NCBI RefSeq assembly: GCF_023055435.1
Contig: NW_025963813.1
Location: forward strand, 3,782,001-3,846,000
Direction: 5' to 3'
From: Haliotis rufescens
Lineage: Eukaryota
DNA length: 64,000 nt
Position numbers and translations under genes: made by a program. Below the pieces are notes generated by a model. That model saw only the letters and a program-made list of their open reading frames with translations, had not been told where the DNA came from and did not search any database. Positions 38,316 to 53,069 of the stretch are shown in pieces. Position 1 is the stretch's first letter; each line of letters starts with the position of its first letter.

Positions 38316-38917
38316 TTAACCATGGTGGCCACCGCCTCCATGGCCACCTCCTCCATGGCCGCCGCCACCGTGACCACCTCCGTGGCCACCACCACCGTGG
38401 CCGCCGCCGCCGCCACCATGACCACCTCCGTGGCCGCCACCTCCATGTCCGCCGCCACCATGACCCCCACCACCTTTGCCGCCTCCTCCGTGGCCGCCAC
38501 CCCCTTTGCCACCGCCTCCTTTTCCACCACCTCCTTTGCCACCGCCTCCTTTGCCACCGCCTCCTTTGCCACCACCTCCTTTTCCACCGCCTCCATGTCC
38601 TCCTCCGCCTCCTTTGCCGCCACCCCCTCCGTGGCCACCATAGGCAGAGCCAAAGAAGGCTGTGAACACTAGAAAGGAGAACAGTGCATCTGTAGTTAAA
38701 TGTCTTTAAAGAACAACGCAAGAATATAGTTTTCAACCTCATAATGTTGCCAATTACCTTTTGTACGCTCTTTAAGTCACGTTGCTGTAGAAAATAGGCA
38801 ATGAATTAAAAGATAAGTGAATTTATCAGTCCACATTTCAATAGAACTCACACAGTTCACGTTTGAAAGTTTGAACTTACCCAAGGCCTCAACGAGTGCA
38901 ATTTTATAGAGCTGCAT
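38316..38917 (-). CDS. Secreted Gly/Lys/His-rich protein, copy 3 (129 aa; exons 38881-38917 and 38316-38668); Val10Glu in the signal peptide
   Basis: Same structure; ccaaggcctc at 38881 gives KIALVEALV. Confidence 0.88.
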
Positions 38918-40033
38918 CTTCACAGTTACGTCTATCCACAGTAGAATAAACGGTGTGAATGACCATGTAGCAAATACACAAGGCCTTTTATACAAATGGA
39001 TAAGGAAATCAGGACACTATGAATCGAAATACTCCCAATGGAGAAAGAAAGAGAACAAGTTCTATTTTGACTTTTTCCTCAACATGTATTTGTAAACTAA
39101 CACCAGATTATATAATATCACCTTGGCATTGGAGAGTTTCATTCTTTATTATTTACGTCTTCCTGAATAACCATCAAAACATGCTGTGCATTTGTTACGT
39201 AAGGCGGCGCCCCTTGGATGTTTCTCTGTTGGATTAAATGCAAGGTGCACTGACTCATCCAATGAATTCAAAGCAAATATGACATACAAAAACAATGAAT
39301 AGACAGATCTCTATAAAATGCAAGAACAATGATTAGCTGTAAATATCATGTTACAATAGGTCTCGTTATGCAGTTTCTTGGTCCCACCAATGACTATTGT
39401 AAAATACCTATATCTTAAATGAGCAAACAGTAGATACTGCATGCTTTTCATTTGAGGGGAAGAGTTCTGTTTTTGACGCATACACAGTGAAGACAAAATG
39501 TTGAAATACATTAAAAGCAAAATGTTCTCATAGGATAGATATAAAGGTATTTTGCAATTATCAACGGAATCTGTTGAGCTAATTCTAGGGACGATGTGTA
39601 TGATTTCACTAGTGGAAACTGATATAAACCATGTATTTATAAATTGGCTTTCCGACAACACAGTCAAGGCAAGGAGTGAATTATTTGCAATGTTTAATTG
39701 TAAATTACCTTTTGTATTAGGAGGATTCATATGCCAAGAATGGGACTAAAACTAGCTCTCGCTGCAGCTGTTTTTGTAATCAATAGGATACGGTTCTCCG
39801 TATGTGCGTTTGTATTATACATCATGTACCACATAGGTGATATGTGTTTCTTCTTTTAATTTGCAGGTAAGCAGTAAGTAAATACAAAGTCGAAAAGACA
39901 TATTCATTTCATGGTTTTATTTGAAGTCGTTTCTCAAAGTTGACATTGTATAGTGTGGTGTAGTCAACGAGGCTATGGCAACGATGGCATCAAATGTCCA
40001 GCATTTGATAGAAATGTGAAGAGCCTGTTGAGT

Positions 40034-40650
40034 TTAACCATGGTGGCCACCGCCTCCATGGCCACCTCCTCCATGGCCGCCGCCACCGTGACCACCTCCG
40101 TGGCCACCACCACCGTGGCCGCCGCCGCCGCCACCATGACCACCTCCGTGGCCGCCACCTCCATGTCCGCCGCCACCATGACCCCCACCACCTTTGCCGC
40201 CTCCTCCGTGGCCGCCACCCCCTTTGCCACCGCCTCCTTTTCGACCACCTCCTTTGCCACCGCCTCCTTTACCACCGCCTCCTTTGCCACCGCCTCCTTT
40301 GCCACCACCTCCTTTTCCACCGCCTCCATGTCCTCCTCCGCCTCCTTTGCCGCCACCCCCTCCGTGGCCACCATAGGCAGAGCCAAAGAAGGCTGTGAAC
40401 ACTAGAAAGGAGAACAGTGCATCTGTAGTTAAATGTCTTTAAAGAACAACGCAAGAATATAGTTTTCAACCTCATAATGTTGCCAATTACCTTTTGTACG
40501 CTTTTTAAGTCACGTTGCTGTAGAAAATAGGCAATGAATTAAAAGATAAGTGAATTTATCAGTCCACATTTCAATAGAACTCACACAGCTCACGTTTGAA
40601 AGTTTGAACTTACCCAAGGCCACAACGAGTGCAATTTTATAGAGCTGCAT
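40034..40650 (-). CDS. Secreted Gly/Lys/His-rich protein, copy 4 (134 aa; exons 40614-40650 and 40034-40401)
   Basis: Same structure; one Gly>Arg change (GGGRK). Confidence 0.92.
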
Positions 40651-42469
40651 CTTCACAGTTACGTCTATCCACAGTAGAATAAACGGTGTGAATGACCATG
40701 TAGCAAATACACAAGGCCTTTTATACAAATGGATAAGGAAATCAGGACACTGTGAATCGAAATACTCCCAATGGAGAAAGAAAGAGAACAAGTTCTATTT
40801 TGACTTTTTCCTCAACATGTATTTGTAAACTAACACCAGATTATATAATATCACCTTGGCATTGGAGAGTTTCATTCTTTATTATTTACGTCTTCCTGAA
40901 TAACTATCAAAACATGCTGTGCATTTGTTACGTAAGGCGGCGCCCCTTGGATGTTTCTCTGTTGGATTAAATGCAAGGTGCACTGACTCATCCAATGAAT
41001 TCAAAGCAAATATGACATACAAAAACAATGAATAGACAGATCTCTATAAAATGCAAGAACAATGATTAGCTGTAAATATCATGTTACAATAGGTCTCGTT
41101 ATGCAGTTTCTTGGTCCCATCAATGACTATTGTAAAATACCTATATCTTAAATGAGCAAACAGTAGATATTGCATGCTTTTCATTTGATGAAAATACACC
41201 GATATTTAGGGAATTACAACACGTACTACGCCTCCATCGCCTTATATGCTGCTCGTAGCACCACAACACATACTGTAAGTAATATCTACTCAATAATGGA
41301 CACAGAAGTGACCGTGCAGCCACTTATACACGAGATATTTACACCTATCTGAGAAGCGTAGGGATAAAAGAGGGCTACAGTCTGAAAGCAGAATATGAGA
41401 CCGCTCCATGTCACACATCTGAGTTGCTTTTTTCAAAGCAGTTAAAAGAACCTAGATAATTAATTCAACTATTGTAGTCTGCATGTTTAAAATATTTCTT
41501 TGAGCTCTTTCCACACGATCGAAATCGCGTACCAATATATGCTGACCGCAGTAACCTGTAAGGGGCATACTATCTCCATCTGACTCAGCAATACAGTAAA
41601 CTAAATGTAATGTCAACGGTATTACATTTGAGAAAGAGTGCTAAATGACATCCTATTATGGTGTGCGGATAGTGTATCAATGCAGTTAGCAAACTGATAG
41701 TCAAATGGACAGGTGTGAAGGTAACTAGGTATGGTATGTTGCTACTTTAATACTATTGTAATTCTCCACAAGGTCAGAACTGCTAAAATGCAGAAACGCC
41801 TAAACGTGGACAAGAACAAGGTAGATGTGAAGCATTTGGGGACGATTATGTAGGGTTGAAAATTCTTTAAATCTTGAGACAAAACGTATTAGAGGGGAAG
41901 AGTTCTGTTTTTGACGCATACACAGTGAAGACAAAATGTTGAAATACATTAAAAGCAAAATGTTCTCATAGGATAGATATAGGTATTTTGCAATTATCAA
42001 CGGAATCTGTTGAGCTAATTCTAGGGACGATGTGTATGATTTCACTAGTGGAAACTGATATATACCATGTATTTATAAATTGGCTTTCCGACAACACAGT
42101 CAAGGCAAGGAGTGAATTATTTGCAATGTTTAATTGTAAATTACCTTTTGTATTAGGAGGATTCATATGCCAAGAATGGGACTAAAACTAGCTCTCGCTG
42201 CAGCTGTTTTTGTAATCAATAGGATACGGTTCTCCGTATGTGCGTTTGTATTATACATCATGTACCACATAGGTGATATGTGTTTCTTCTTTTAATTTGC
42301 AGGTAAGCAGTAAGTAAATACAAAGTCGAAAAGACATATTCATTTCATGGTTTTATTTGAAGTCGTTTCTCAAAGTTGACATTGTATAGTGTGGTGTAGT
42401 CAACGATTCTATGGCAACGATGGCATCAAATGTCCAGCATTTGATAGAAATGTGAAGAGCCTGTTGAGT

Positions 42470-43086
42470 TTAACTATGGTGGCCACCGCCTCCATGGCCA
42501 CCTCCTCCATGGCCGCCGCCACCGTGACCACCTCCGTGGCCACCACCACCGTGGCCGCCGCCGCCGCCACCATGACCACCTCCGTGGCCGCCACCTCCAT
42601 GTCCGCCGCCACCATGACCCCCACCACCTTTGCCGCCTCCTCCGTGGCCGCCACCTCCTTTGCCACCGCCTCCTTTGCCACCACCTCCTTTGCCACCGCC
42701 TCCTTTGCCACCGCCTCCTTTGCCACCGCCTCCTTTGCCACCACCTCCTTTTCCACCGCCTCCATGTCCTCCTCCGCCTCCTTTGCCGCCACCCCCTCCG
42801 TGGCCACCATAGGCAGAGCCAAAGAAGGCTGTGAACACTAGAAAGGAGAACAGTGCATCTGTAGTTAAATGTCTTTAAAGAACAACGCAAGAATATAGTT
42901 TTCAACCTCATAATGTTGCCAATTACCTTTTGTACGCTCTTTAAGTCACGTTGCTGTAGAAAATAGGCAATGAATTAAAAGATAAGTGAATTTATCAGTC
43001 CACATTTCAATAGAACTCACACAGTTCACGTTTGAAAGTTTGAACTTACCCAAGGCCACAACGAGTGCAATTTTATAGAGCTGCAT
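42470..43086 (-). CDS. Secreted Gly/Lys/His-rich protein, copy 5 (134 aa; exons 43050-43086 and 42470-42837); ends HHS
   Basis: Same structure; intact frame. Confidence 0.92.
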
Positions 43087-44910
43087 CTTCACAGTTACGT
43101 CTATCCACAGTAGAATAAACGGTGTGAATGACCATGTAGCAAATACACAAGGCCTTTTATACAAATGGATAAGGAAATCAGGACACTATGAATCGAAATA
43201 CTCCCAATGGAGAAAGAAAGAGAACAAGTTCTATTTTGACTTTTTCCTCAACATGTATTTGTAAACTAACACCAGATTATATAATATCACCTTGGCATTG
43301 GAGAGTTTCATTCTTTATTATTTACGTCTTCCTGAATAACCATCAAAACATGCTGTGCATTTGTTACGTAAGGCGGCGCCCCTTGGATGTTTCTCTGTTG
43401 GATTAAATGCAAGGTGCACTGACTCATCCAATGAATTCAAAGCAAATATGACATACAAAAACAATGAATAGACAGATCTCTATAAAATGCAAGAACAATG
43501 ATTAGCTGTAAATATCATGTTACAATAGGTCTCGTTATGCAGTTTCTTAGTCCCATCAATGACTATTGTAAAATACCTATATCTGAAATGAGCAAACAGT
43601 AGATACTGCATGCTTTTCATTTGATGAAAATACACCGATATTTAGGGAATTACAACACGTACTACGCCTCCGTCGCCTTATATGCTGCTCGTAGCACCAC
43701 AACACATACTGTAAGTAATATCTACTCAATAATGGACACAGAAGTGACCGTGCAACCACTTATACAGGAAATATATTTACACCTATCTGAGAAGCGTAGG
43801 GATAAAAGAGGGCTACAGTCTGAAAGCAGAATATGAGACCGCTCCATGTCACACATCTGAGTTGCTTTTTTCAAAGCAGTTAAAAGAACCTAGATAATTA
43901 ATTCAACTATTGTAGTCTGCATGTTTAAAATATTTCTTTGAGCTCTTTCCACACGATCGAAATCGCGTACCAATATATGCTGACCGCAGTAACCTGTAAG
44001 GGGCATACTATCTCCATCTGACTCAGCAATACAGTAAACTAAATGTAATGTCAACGGTATTACATTTGAGAAAGAGTGCTAAATGACATCCTATTATGGT
44101 GTGCGGATAGTGTATCAATGCAGTTAGCAAACTGATAGTAAAATGGACAGGTGTGAAGTTAACTAGGTATGGTATGTTGCTACTTTAATACTATTGTAAT
44201 TCTCCACAAGGTCAGAACTGCTAAAATGCAGAAACGCCTAAACGTGGACAAGAACAAGGTAGATGTGAAGCATTTGGGGACGATTATGTAGGGTTGAAAT
44301 TTTTTTTAAATATTGAGACAAAACGTATTAGAGGGGAAGAGTTCTGTTTTTGACGCATACACAGTGAAGACAAAATGTTGAAATACATTAAAAGCAAAAT
44401 GTTCTCATAGGATAGATATAAAGGTATTTTGCAATTATCAACGGAATCTGTTGAGCTAATTCTAGGGACGATGTGTATGATTTCACTAGTGGAAACTGAT
44501 ATATACCATGTATTTATAAATTGGCTTTCCGACAACACAGTCAAGGCAAGGAGTGAATTATTTGCAATGTTTAATTGTAAATTACCTTTTGTATTAGGAG
44601 GATTCATATGCCAAGAATGGGACTAAAACTAGCTCTCGCTGCAGCTGTTTTTGTAATCAATAGGATACGGTTCTCCGTATGTGCGTTTGTATTATACATC
44701 ATGTACCACATAGGTGATATGTGTTTCTTCTTTTAATTTGCAGGTAAGCAGTAAGTAAATACAAAGTCGAAAAGACATATTCATTTCATGGTTTTATTTG
44801 AAGTCGTTTCTCAAAGTTGACATTGTATAGTGTGGTGTAGTCAACGATTCTATGGCAACGATGGCATCAAATGTCCAGCATTTGATAGAAATGTGAAGAG
44901 CCTGTTGAGT

Positions 44911-45605
44911 TTAACCATGGTGGCCACCGCCTCCATGGCCACCTCCTCCATGGCCGCCGCCACCGTGACCACCTCCGTGGCCACCACCACCGTGGCCGCC
45001 GCCGCCGCCACCATGACCACCTCCGTGGCCGCCACCTCCATGTCCGCCGCCACCATGACCCCCACCACCTTTGCCGCCTCCTCCGTGGCCGCCACCCCCT
45101 TTGCCACCGCCTCCTTTTCCGCCACCTCCTCCGTGGCCGCCACCTCCTTTGCCACCGCCTCCTTTGCCACCACCTCCTTTGCCACCGCCTCCTTTGCCAC
45201 CACCTCCTTTGCCACCGCCTCCTTTGCCACCGCCTCCTTTGCCACCGCCTCCTTTGCCACCACCTCCTTTTCCACCGCCTCCATGTCCTCCTCCGCCTCC
45301 TTTGCCGCCACCCCCTCCGTGGCCACCATAGGCAGAGCCAAAGAAGGCTGTGAACACTAGAAAGGAGAACAGTGCATCTGTAGTTAAATGTCTTTAAAGA
45401 ACAACGCAAGAATATAGTTTTCAACCTCATAATGTTGCCAATTACCTTTTGTACGCTCTTTAAGTCACGTTGCTGTAGAAAATAGGCAATGAATTAAAAG
45501 ATAAGTGAATTTATCAGTCCACATTTCAATAGAACTCACACAGTTCACGTTTGAAAGTTTGAACTTACCCAAGGCCACAACGAGTGCAATTTTATAGAGC
45601 TGCAT
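44911..45605 (-). CDS. Secreted Gly/Lys/His-rich protein, copy 6 (160 aa; exons 45569-45605 and 44911-45356)
   Basis: Same structure; longest GGGGK run. Confidence 0.92.
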
Positions 45606-47428
45606 CTTCACAGTTACGTCTATCCACAGTAGAATAAACGGTGTGAATGACCATGTAGCAAATACACAAGGCCTTTTATACAAATGGATAAGGAAATCAG
45701 GACACTATGAATCGAAATACTCCCAATGGAGAAAGAAAGAGAACAAGTTCTATTTTGACTTTTTCCTCAACATGTATTTGTAAACTAACACCAGATTATA
45801 TAATATCATCTTGGCATTGGAGAGTTTCATTCTTTATTATTTACGTCTTCCTGAATAACCATCAAAACATGCTGTGCATTTGTTACGTAAGGCGGCGCCC
45901 CTTGGATGTTTCTCTGTTGGATTAAATGCAAGGTGCACTGACTCATCCAATGAATTCAAAGCAAATATGACATACAAAAACAATGAATAGACGGGTCTCT
46001 ATAAAATGCAAGAACAATGATTAGCTGTAAATATCATGTTACAATAGGTTTCGTTATGCAGTTTCTTGGTCCCATCAATGACTATTGTAAAATACCTATA
46101 TCTTAAATGAGCAAACAGTAGATACTGCATGCTTTTCATTTGATGAAAATACACCGATATTTAGGGAATTACAACACGTACTACGCCTCCGTCGCCTTAT
46201 ATGCTGCTCGTAGCACCACAACACATACTGTAAGTGATATCTACTCAATAATGGACACAGAAGTGACCGTGCAACCACTTATACAGGAAATATATTTACA
46301 CCTATCTGAGAAGCGTAGGGATAAAAGAGGGCTACAGTCTGAAAGCAGAATATGAGACCGCTCCATGTCACACATCTGAGTTGCTTTTTTCAAAGCAGTT
46401 AAAAGAACCTAGATAATTAATTCAACTATTGTAGTCTGCATGTTTAAAATATTTCTTTGAGCTCTTTCCACACGATCGAAATCGCGTACCAATATATGCT
46501 GACCGCAGTAACCTGTAAGGGGCATACTATCTCCATCTGACTCAGCAATACAGTAAACTAAATGTAATGTCAACGGTATTACATTTGAGAAAGAGTGCTA
46601 AATGACATCCTATTATTGTGTGCGGATAGTGTATCAATGCAGTTAGCAAACTGATAGTCAAATGGACAGGTGTGAAGTTAACTAGGTATGGTATGTAGCT
46701 ACTTTAATACTATTGTACTTCTCCACAAGGTCAGAACTGCTAAAATGCAGAAACGCCTAAACGTGGACAAGAACAAGGTATTTGTGAAGCATTTGGGGAC
46801 GATTATGTAGGGTTGAAACTTCTTTAAATCTTGAGACAAAACGTATTAGAGGGGAAGAGTTCTGTTTTTGACGCATACACAGTGAAGACAAAATGTTGAA
46901 ATACATTAAAAGTAAAATGTACTCATAGGATAGATATATAGGTATTTTGCAATTATCAACGGAATCTGTTGAGCTAATTCTAGGGACGATGTGTATGATT
47001 TCACTAGTGGAAACTGATATATACCATGTATTTATAAATTGGCTTTCCGACAACACAGTCAAGGCAAGGAGTGAATTATTTGCAATGTTTAATTGTTAAT
47101 TACCTTTTGTATTAGGAGGATTCATATGCCAAGAATGGGACTAACACTAGCTCTCGCTGCAGCTGTTTTTGTAATCAATAGGATACGGTTCTCCGTATGT
47201 GCGTTTGTATTATACATCATGTACCACATAGGTGATATGTGTTTCTTCTTTTAATTTGCAGGTAAGCAGTAAGTAAATACAAAGTCGAAAAGACAAATTC
47301 ATTTCATGGTTTTATTTGAAGTCGTTTCTCAAAGTTGACATTGTATAGTGTGGTGTAGTCAACGATTCTATGGCAACGATGGCATCAAATGTCCAGCATT
47401 TGATAGAAATGTGAAGAGCCTGTTGAGT

Positions 47429-48093
47429 TTAACTATGGTGGCCACCGCCTCCATGGCCACCTCCTCCATGGCCGCCGCCACCGTGACCACCTCCGTGGCC
47501 ACCACCACCGTGGCCGCCGCCGCCGCCACCATGACCACCTCCGTGGCCGCCAACTCCATGTCCGCCGCCACCATGACCCCCACCACCTTTGCCGCCTCCT
47601 CCGTGGCCGCCACCCCCTTTGCCACCGCCTCCTTTTCCGCCACCTCCTCCGTGGCCGCCACCTCCTTTGCCACCGCCTCCTTTGCCACCACCTCCTTTGC
47701 CACCGCCTCCTTTGCCACCGCCTCCTTTGCCACCGCCTCCTTTGCCACCACCTCCTTTTCCACCGCCTCCATGTCCTCCTCCGCCTCCTTTGCCGCCACC
47801 CCCTCCGTGGCCACCATAGGCAGAGCCAAAGAAGGCTGTGAACACTAGAAAGGAGAACAGTGCATCTGTAGTTAAATGTCTTTAAAGAACAACGCAAGAA
47901 TATAGTTTTCAACCTCATAATGTTGCCAATTACCTTTTGTACGCTCTTTAAGTCACGTTGCTGTAGAAAATAGGCAATGAATTAAAAGATAAGTGAATTT
48001 ATCAGTCCACATTTCAATAGAACTCACACAGTTCACGTTTGAAAGTTTGAACTTACCCAAGGCCACAACGAGTGCAATTTTATAGAGCTGCAT
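47429..48093 (-). CDS. Secreted Gly/Lys/His-rich protein, copy 7 (150 aa; exons 48057-48093 and 47429-47844); Gly>Val, ends HHS
   Basis: Same structure; intact frame. Confidence 0.92.
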
Positions 48094-49916
48094 CTTCACA
48101 GTTACGTCTATCCACAGTAGAATAAACGGTGTGAATGACCATGTAGCAAATACACAAGGCCTTTTATACAAATGGATAAGGAAATCAGGACACTATGAAT
48201 CGAAATACTCCCAATGGAGAAAGAAAGAGAACAAGTTCTATTTTGACTTTTTCCTCAACATGTATTTGTAAACTAACACCAGATTATATAATATCACCTT
48301 GGCATTGGAGAGTTTCATTCTTTATTATTTACGTCTTCCTGAATAACCATCAAAACATGCTGTGCATTTGTTACGTAAGGCGGCGCCCCTTGGATGTTTC
48401 TCTGTTGGATTAAATGCAAGGTGCACTGACTCATCCAATGAATTCAAAGCAAATATGACATACAAAAACAATGAATAGACGGGTCTCTATAAAATGCAAG
48501 AACAATGATTAGCTGTAAATATCATGTTACAATAGGTCTCGTTATGCAGTTTCTTGGTCCCATCAATGACTATTGTAAAATACCTATATCTGAAATGAGC
48601 AAACAGTAGATACTGCATGCTTTTCATTTGATGAAAATACACCGATATTTAGGGAATTACAACACGTACTACGCCTCCGTCGCCTTATATGCTGCTCGTA
48701 GCACCACAACACATACTGTAAGTAATATCTACTCAATAATGGACACAGAAGTGACCGTGCAACCACTTATACAGGAAATATATTTACACCTATCTGAGAA
48801 GCGTAGGGATAAAAGAGGGCTACAGTCTGAAAGCAGAATATGAGACCGCTCCATGTCACACATCTGAGTTGCTTTTTTCAAAGCAGTTAAAAGAACCTAG
48901 ATAATTAATTCAACTATTGTAGTCTGCATGTTTAAAATATTTCTTTGAGCTCTTTCCACACGATCGAAATCGCGTACCAATATATGCTGACCGCAGTAAC
49001 CTGTAAGGGGCATACTATCTCCATCTGACTCAGCAATACAGTAAACTAAATGTAATGTCAACGGTATTACATTTGAGAAAGAGTGCTAAATGACATCCTA
49101 TTATTGTGTGCGGATAGTGTATCAATGCAGTTAGCAAACTGATAGTCAAATGGACAGGTGTGAAGTTAACTAGGTATGGTATGTAGCTACTTTAATACTA
49201 TTGTACTTCTCCACAAGGTCAGAACTGCTAAAATGCAGAAACGCCTAAACGTGGACAAGAACAAGGTATTTGTGAAGCATTTGGGGACGATTATGTAGGG
49301 TTGAAACTTCTTTAAATCTTGAGACAAAACGTATTAGAGGGGAAGAGTTCTGTTTTTGACGCATACACAGTGAAGACAAAATGTTGAAATACATTAAAAG
49401 TAAAATGTACTCATAGGATAGATATATAGGTATTTTGCAATTATCAACGGAATCTGTTGAGCTAATTCTAGGGACGATGTGTATGATTTCACTAGTGGAA
49501 ACTGATATATACCATGTATTTATAAATTGGCTTTCCGACAACACAGTCAAGGCAAGGAGTGAATTATTTGCAATGTTTAATTGTTAATTACCTTTTGTAT
49601 TAGGAGGATTCATATGCCAAGAATGGGACTAACACTAGCTCTCGCTGCAGCTGTTTTTGTAATCAATAGGATACGGTTCTCCGTATGTGCGTTTGTATTA
49701 TACATCATGTACCACATAGGTGATATGTGTTTCTTCTTTTAATTTGCAGGTAAGCAGTAAGTAAATACAAAGTCGAAAAGACAAATTCATTTCATGGTTT
49801 TATTTGAAGTCGTTTCTCAAAGTTGACATTGTATAGTGTGGTGTAGTCAACGATTCTATGGCAACGATGGCATCAAATGTCCAGCATTTGATAGAAATGT
49901 GAAGAGCCTGTTGAGT

Positions 49917-50581
49917 TTAACCATGGTGGCCACCGCCTCCATGGCCACCTCCTCCATGGCCGCCGCCACCGTGACCACCTCCGTGGCCACCACCACCGTG
50001 GCCGCCGCCGCCGCCACCATGACCACCTCCGTGGCCGCCACCTCCATGTCCGCCGCCACCATGACCCCCACCACCTTTGCCGCCTCCTCCGTGGCCGCCA
50101 CCCCCTTTGCCACCGCCTCCTTTTCCGCCACCTCCTCCGTGGCCGCCACCTCCTTTGCCACCGCCTCCTTTGCCACCACCTCCTTTGCCACCGCCTCCTT
50201 TGCCACCGCCTCCTTTGCCACCGCCTCCTTTGCCACCACCTCCTTTTCCACCGCCTCCATGTCCTCCTCCGCCTCCTTTGCCGCCACCCCCTCCGTGGCC
50301 ACCATAGGCAGAGCCAAAGAAGGCTGTGAACACTAGAAAGGAGAACAGTGCATCTGTAGTTAAATGTCTTTAAAGAACAACGCAAGAATATAGTTTTCAA
50401 CCTCATAATGTTGCCAATTACCTTTTGTACGCTCTTTAAGTCACGTTGCTGTAGAAAATAGGCAATGAATTAAAAGATAAGTGAATTTATCAGTCCACAT
50501 TTCAATAGAACTCACACAGTTCACGTTTGAAAGTTTGAACTTACCCAAGGCCACAACGAGTGCAATTTTATAGAGCTGCAT
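49917..50581 (-). CDS. Secreted Gly/Lys/His-rich protein, copy 8 (150 aa; exons 50545-50581 and 49917-50332)
   Basis: Same structure; intact frame. Confidence 0.92.
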
Positions 50582-52404
50582 CTTCACAGTTACGTCTATC
50601 CACAGTAGAATAAACGGTGTGAATGACCACGTAGCAAATACACAAGGCCTTTTATACAAATGGATAAGGAAATCAGGACACTATGAATCGAAATACTCCC
50701 AATGGAGAAAGAAAGAGAACAAGTTCTATTTTGACTTTTTCCTCAACATGTATTTGTAAACTAACACCAGATTATATAATATCACCTTGGCATTGGAGAG
50801 TTTCATTCTTTATTATTTACGTCTTCCTGAATAACCATCAAAACATGCTGTGCATTTGTTACGTAAGGCGGCGCCCCTTGGATGTTTCTCTGTTGGATTA
50901 AATGCAAGGTGCACTGACTCATCCAATGAATTCAAAGCAAATATGACATACAAAAACAATGAATAGACGGGTCTCTATAAAATGCAAGAACAATGATTAG
51001 CTGTAAATATCATGTTACAATAGGTCTCGTTATGCAGTTTCTTGGTCCCATCAATGACTATTGTAAAATACCTATATCTGAAATGAGCAAACAGTAGATA
51101 CTGCATGCTTTTCATTTGATGAAAATACACCGATATTTAGGGAATTACAACACGTACTATGCCTCCGTCGCCTTATATGCTGCTCGTAGCACCACAACAC
51201 ATACTGTAAGTGATATCTACTCAATAATGGACACAGAAGTGACCGTGCAACCACTTATACACGAAATATATTTACACCTATCTGAGAAGCGTAGGGATAA
51301 AAGAGGGCTACAGTCTGAAAGCAGAATATGAGACCGCTCCATGTCACACATCTGAGTTGCTTTTTTCAAAGCAGTTAAAAGAACCTAGATAATTAATTCA
51401 ACTATTGTAGTCTGCATGTTTAAAATATTTCTTTGAGCTCTTTCCACACGATCGAAATCGCGTACCAATATATGCTGACCGCAGTAACCTGTAAGGGGCA
51501 TACTATCTCCATCTGACTCAGCAATACAGTAAACTAAATGTAATGTCAACGGTATTACATTTGAGAAAGAGTGCTAAATGACATCCTATTATTGTGTGCG
51601 GATAGTGTATCAATGCAGTTAGCAAACTGATAGTCAAATGGACAGGTGTGAAGTTAACTAGGTATGGTATGTAGCTACTTTAATACTATTGTAATTCTCC
51701 ACAAGGTCAGAACTGCTAAAATGCAGAAACGCCTAAACGTGGACAAGAACAAGGTATTTGTGAAGCATTTGGGGACGATTATGTAGGGTTGAAACTTCTT
51801 TAAATCTTGAGACAAAACGTATTAGAGGGGAAGAGTTCTGTTTTTGACGCATACACAGTGAAGACAAAATGTTGAAATACATTAAAAGTAAAATGTACTC
51901 ATAGGATAGATATATAGGTATTTTGCAATTATCAACGGAATCTGTTGAGCTAATTCTAGGGACGATGTGTATGATTTCACTAGTGGAAACTGATATATAC
52001 CATGTATTTATAAATTGGCTTTCCGACAACACAGTCAAGGCAAGGAGTGAATTATTTGCAATGTTTAATTGTTAATTACCTTTTGTATTAGGAGGATTCA
52101 TATGCCAACAATGGGACTAACACTAGCTCTCGCTGCAGCTGTTTTTGTAATCAATAGGATACGGTTCTCCGTATGTGCGTTTGTATTATACATCATGTAC
52201 CACATAGGTGATATGTGTTTCTTCTTTTAATTTGCAGGTAAGCAGTAAGTAAATACAAAGTCGAAAAGACAAATTCATTTCATGGTTTTATTTGAAGTCG
52301 TTTCTCAAAGTTGACATTGTATAGTGTGGTGTAGTCAACGATTCTATGGCAACGATGGCATCAAATGTCCAGCATTTGATAGAAATGTGAAGAGCCTGTT
52401 GAGT

Positions 52405-53069
52405 TTAACCATGGTGGCCACCGCCTCCATGGCCACCTCCTCCATGGCCGCCGCCACCGTGACCACCTCCGTGGCCACCACCACCGTGGCCGCCGCCGCC
52501 GCCACCATGACCACCTCCGTGGCCGCCACCTCCATGTCCGCCGCCACCATGACCCCCACCACCTTTGCCGCCTCCTCCGTGGCCGCCACCCCCTTTGCCA
52601 CCGCCTCCTTTTCCGCCACCTCCTCCGTGGCCGCCACCTCCTTTGCCACCGCCTCCTTTGCCACCACCTCCTTTGCCACCGCCTCCTTTGCCACCGCCTC
52701 CTTTGCCACCGCCTCCTTTGCCACCACCTCCTTTTCCACCGCCTCCATGTCCTCCTCCGCCTCCTTTGCCGCCACCCCCTCCGTGGCCACCATAGGCAGA
52801 GCCAAAGAAGGCTGTGAACACTAGAAAGGAGAACAGTGCATCTGTAGTTAAATGTCTTTAAAGAACAACGCAAGAATATAGTTTTCAACCTCATAATGTT
52901 GCCAATTACCTTTTGTACGCTCTTTAAGTCACGTTGCTGTAGAAAATAGGCAATGAATTAAAAGATAAGTGAATTTATCAGTCCACATTTCAATAGAACT
53001 CACACAGTTCACGTTTGAAAGTTTGAACTTACCCAAGGCCACAACGAGTGCAATTTTATAGAGCTGCAT
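52405..53069 (-). CDS. Secreted Gly/Lys/His-rich protein, copy 9 (150 aa; exons 53033-53069 and 52405-52820)
   Basis: Same structure; intact frame. Confidence 0.92.
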
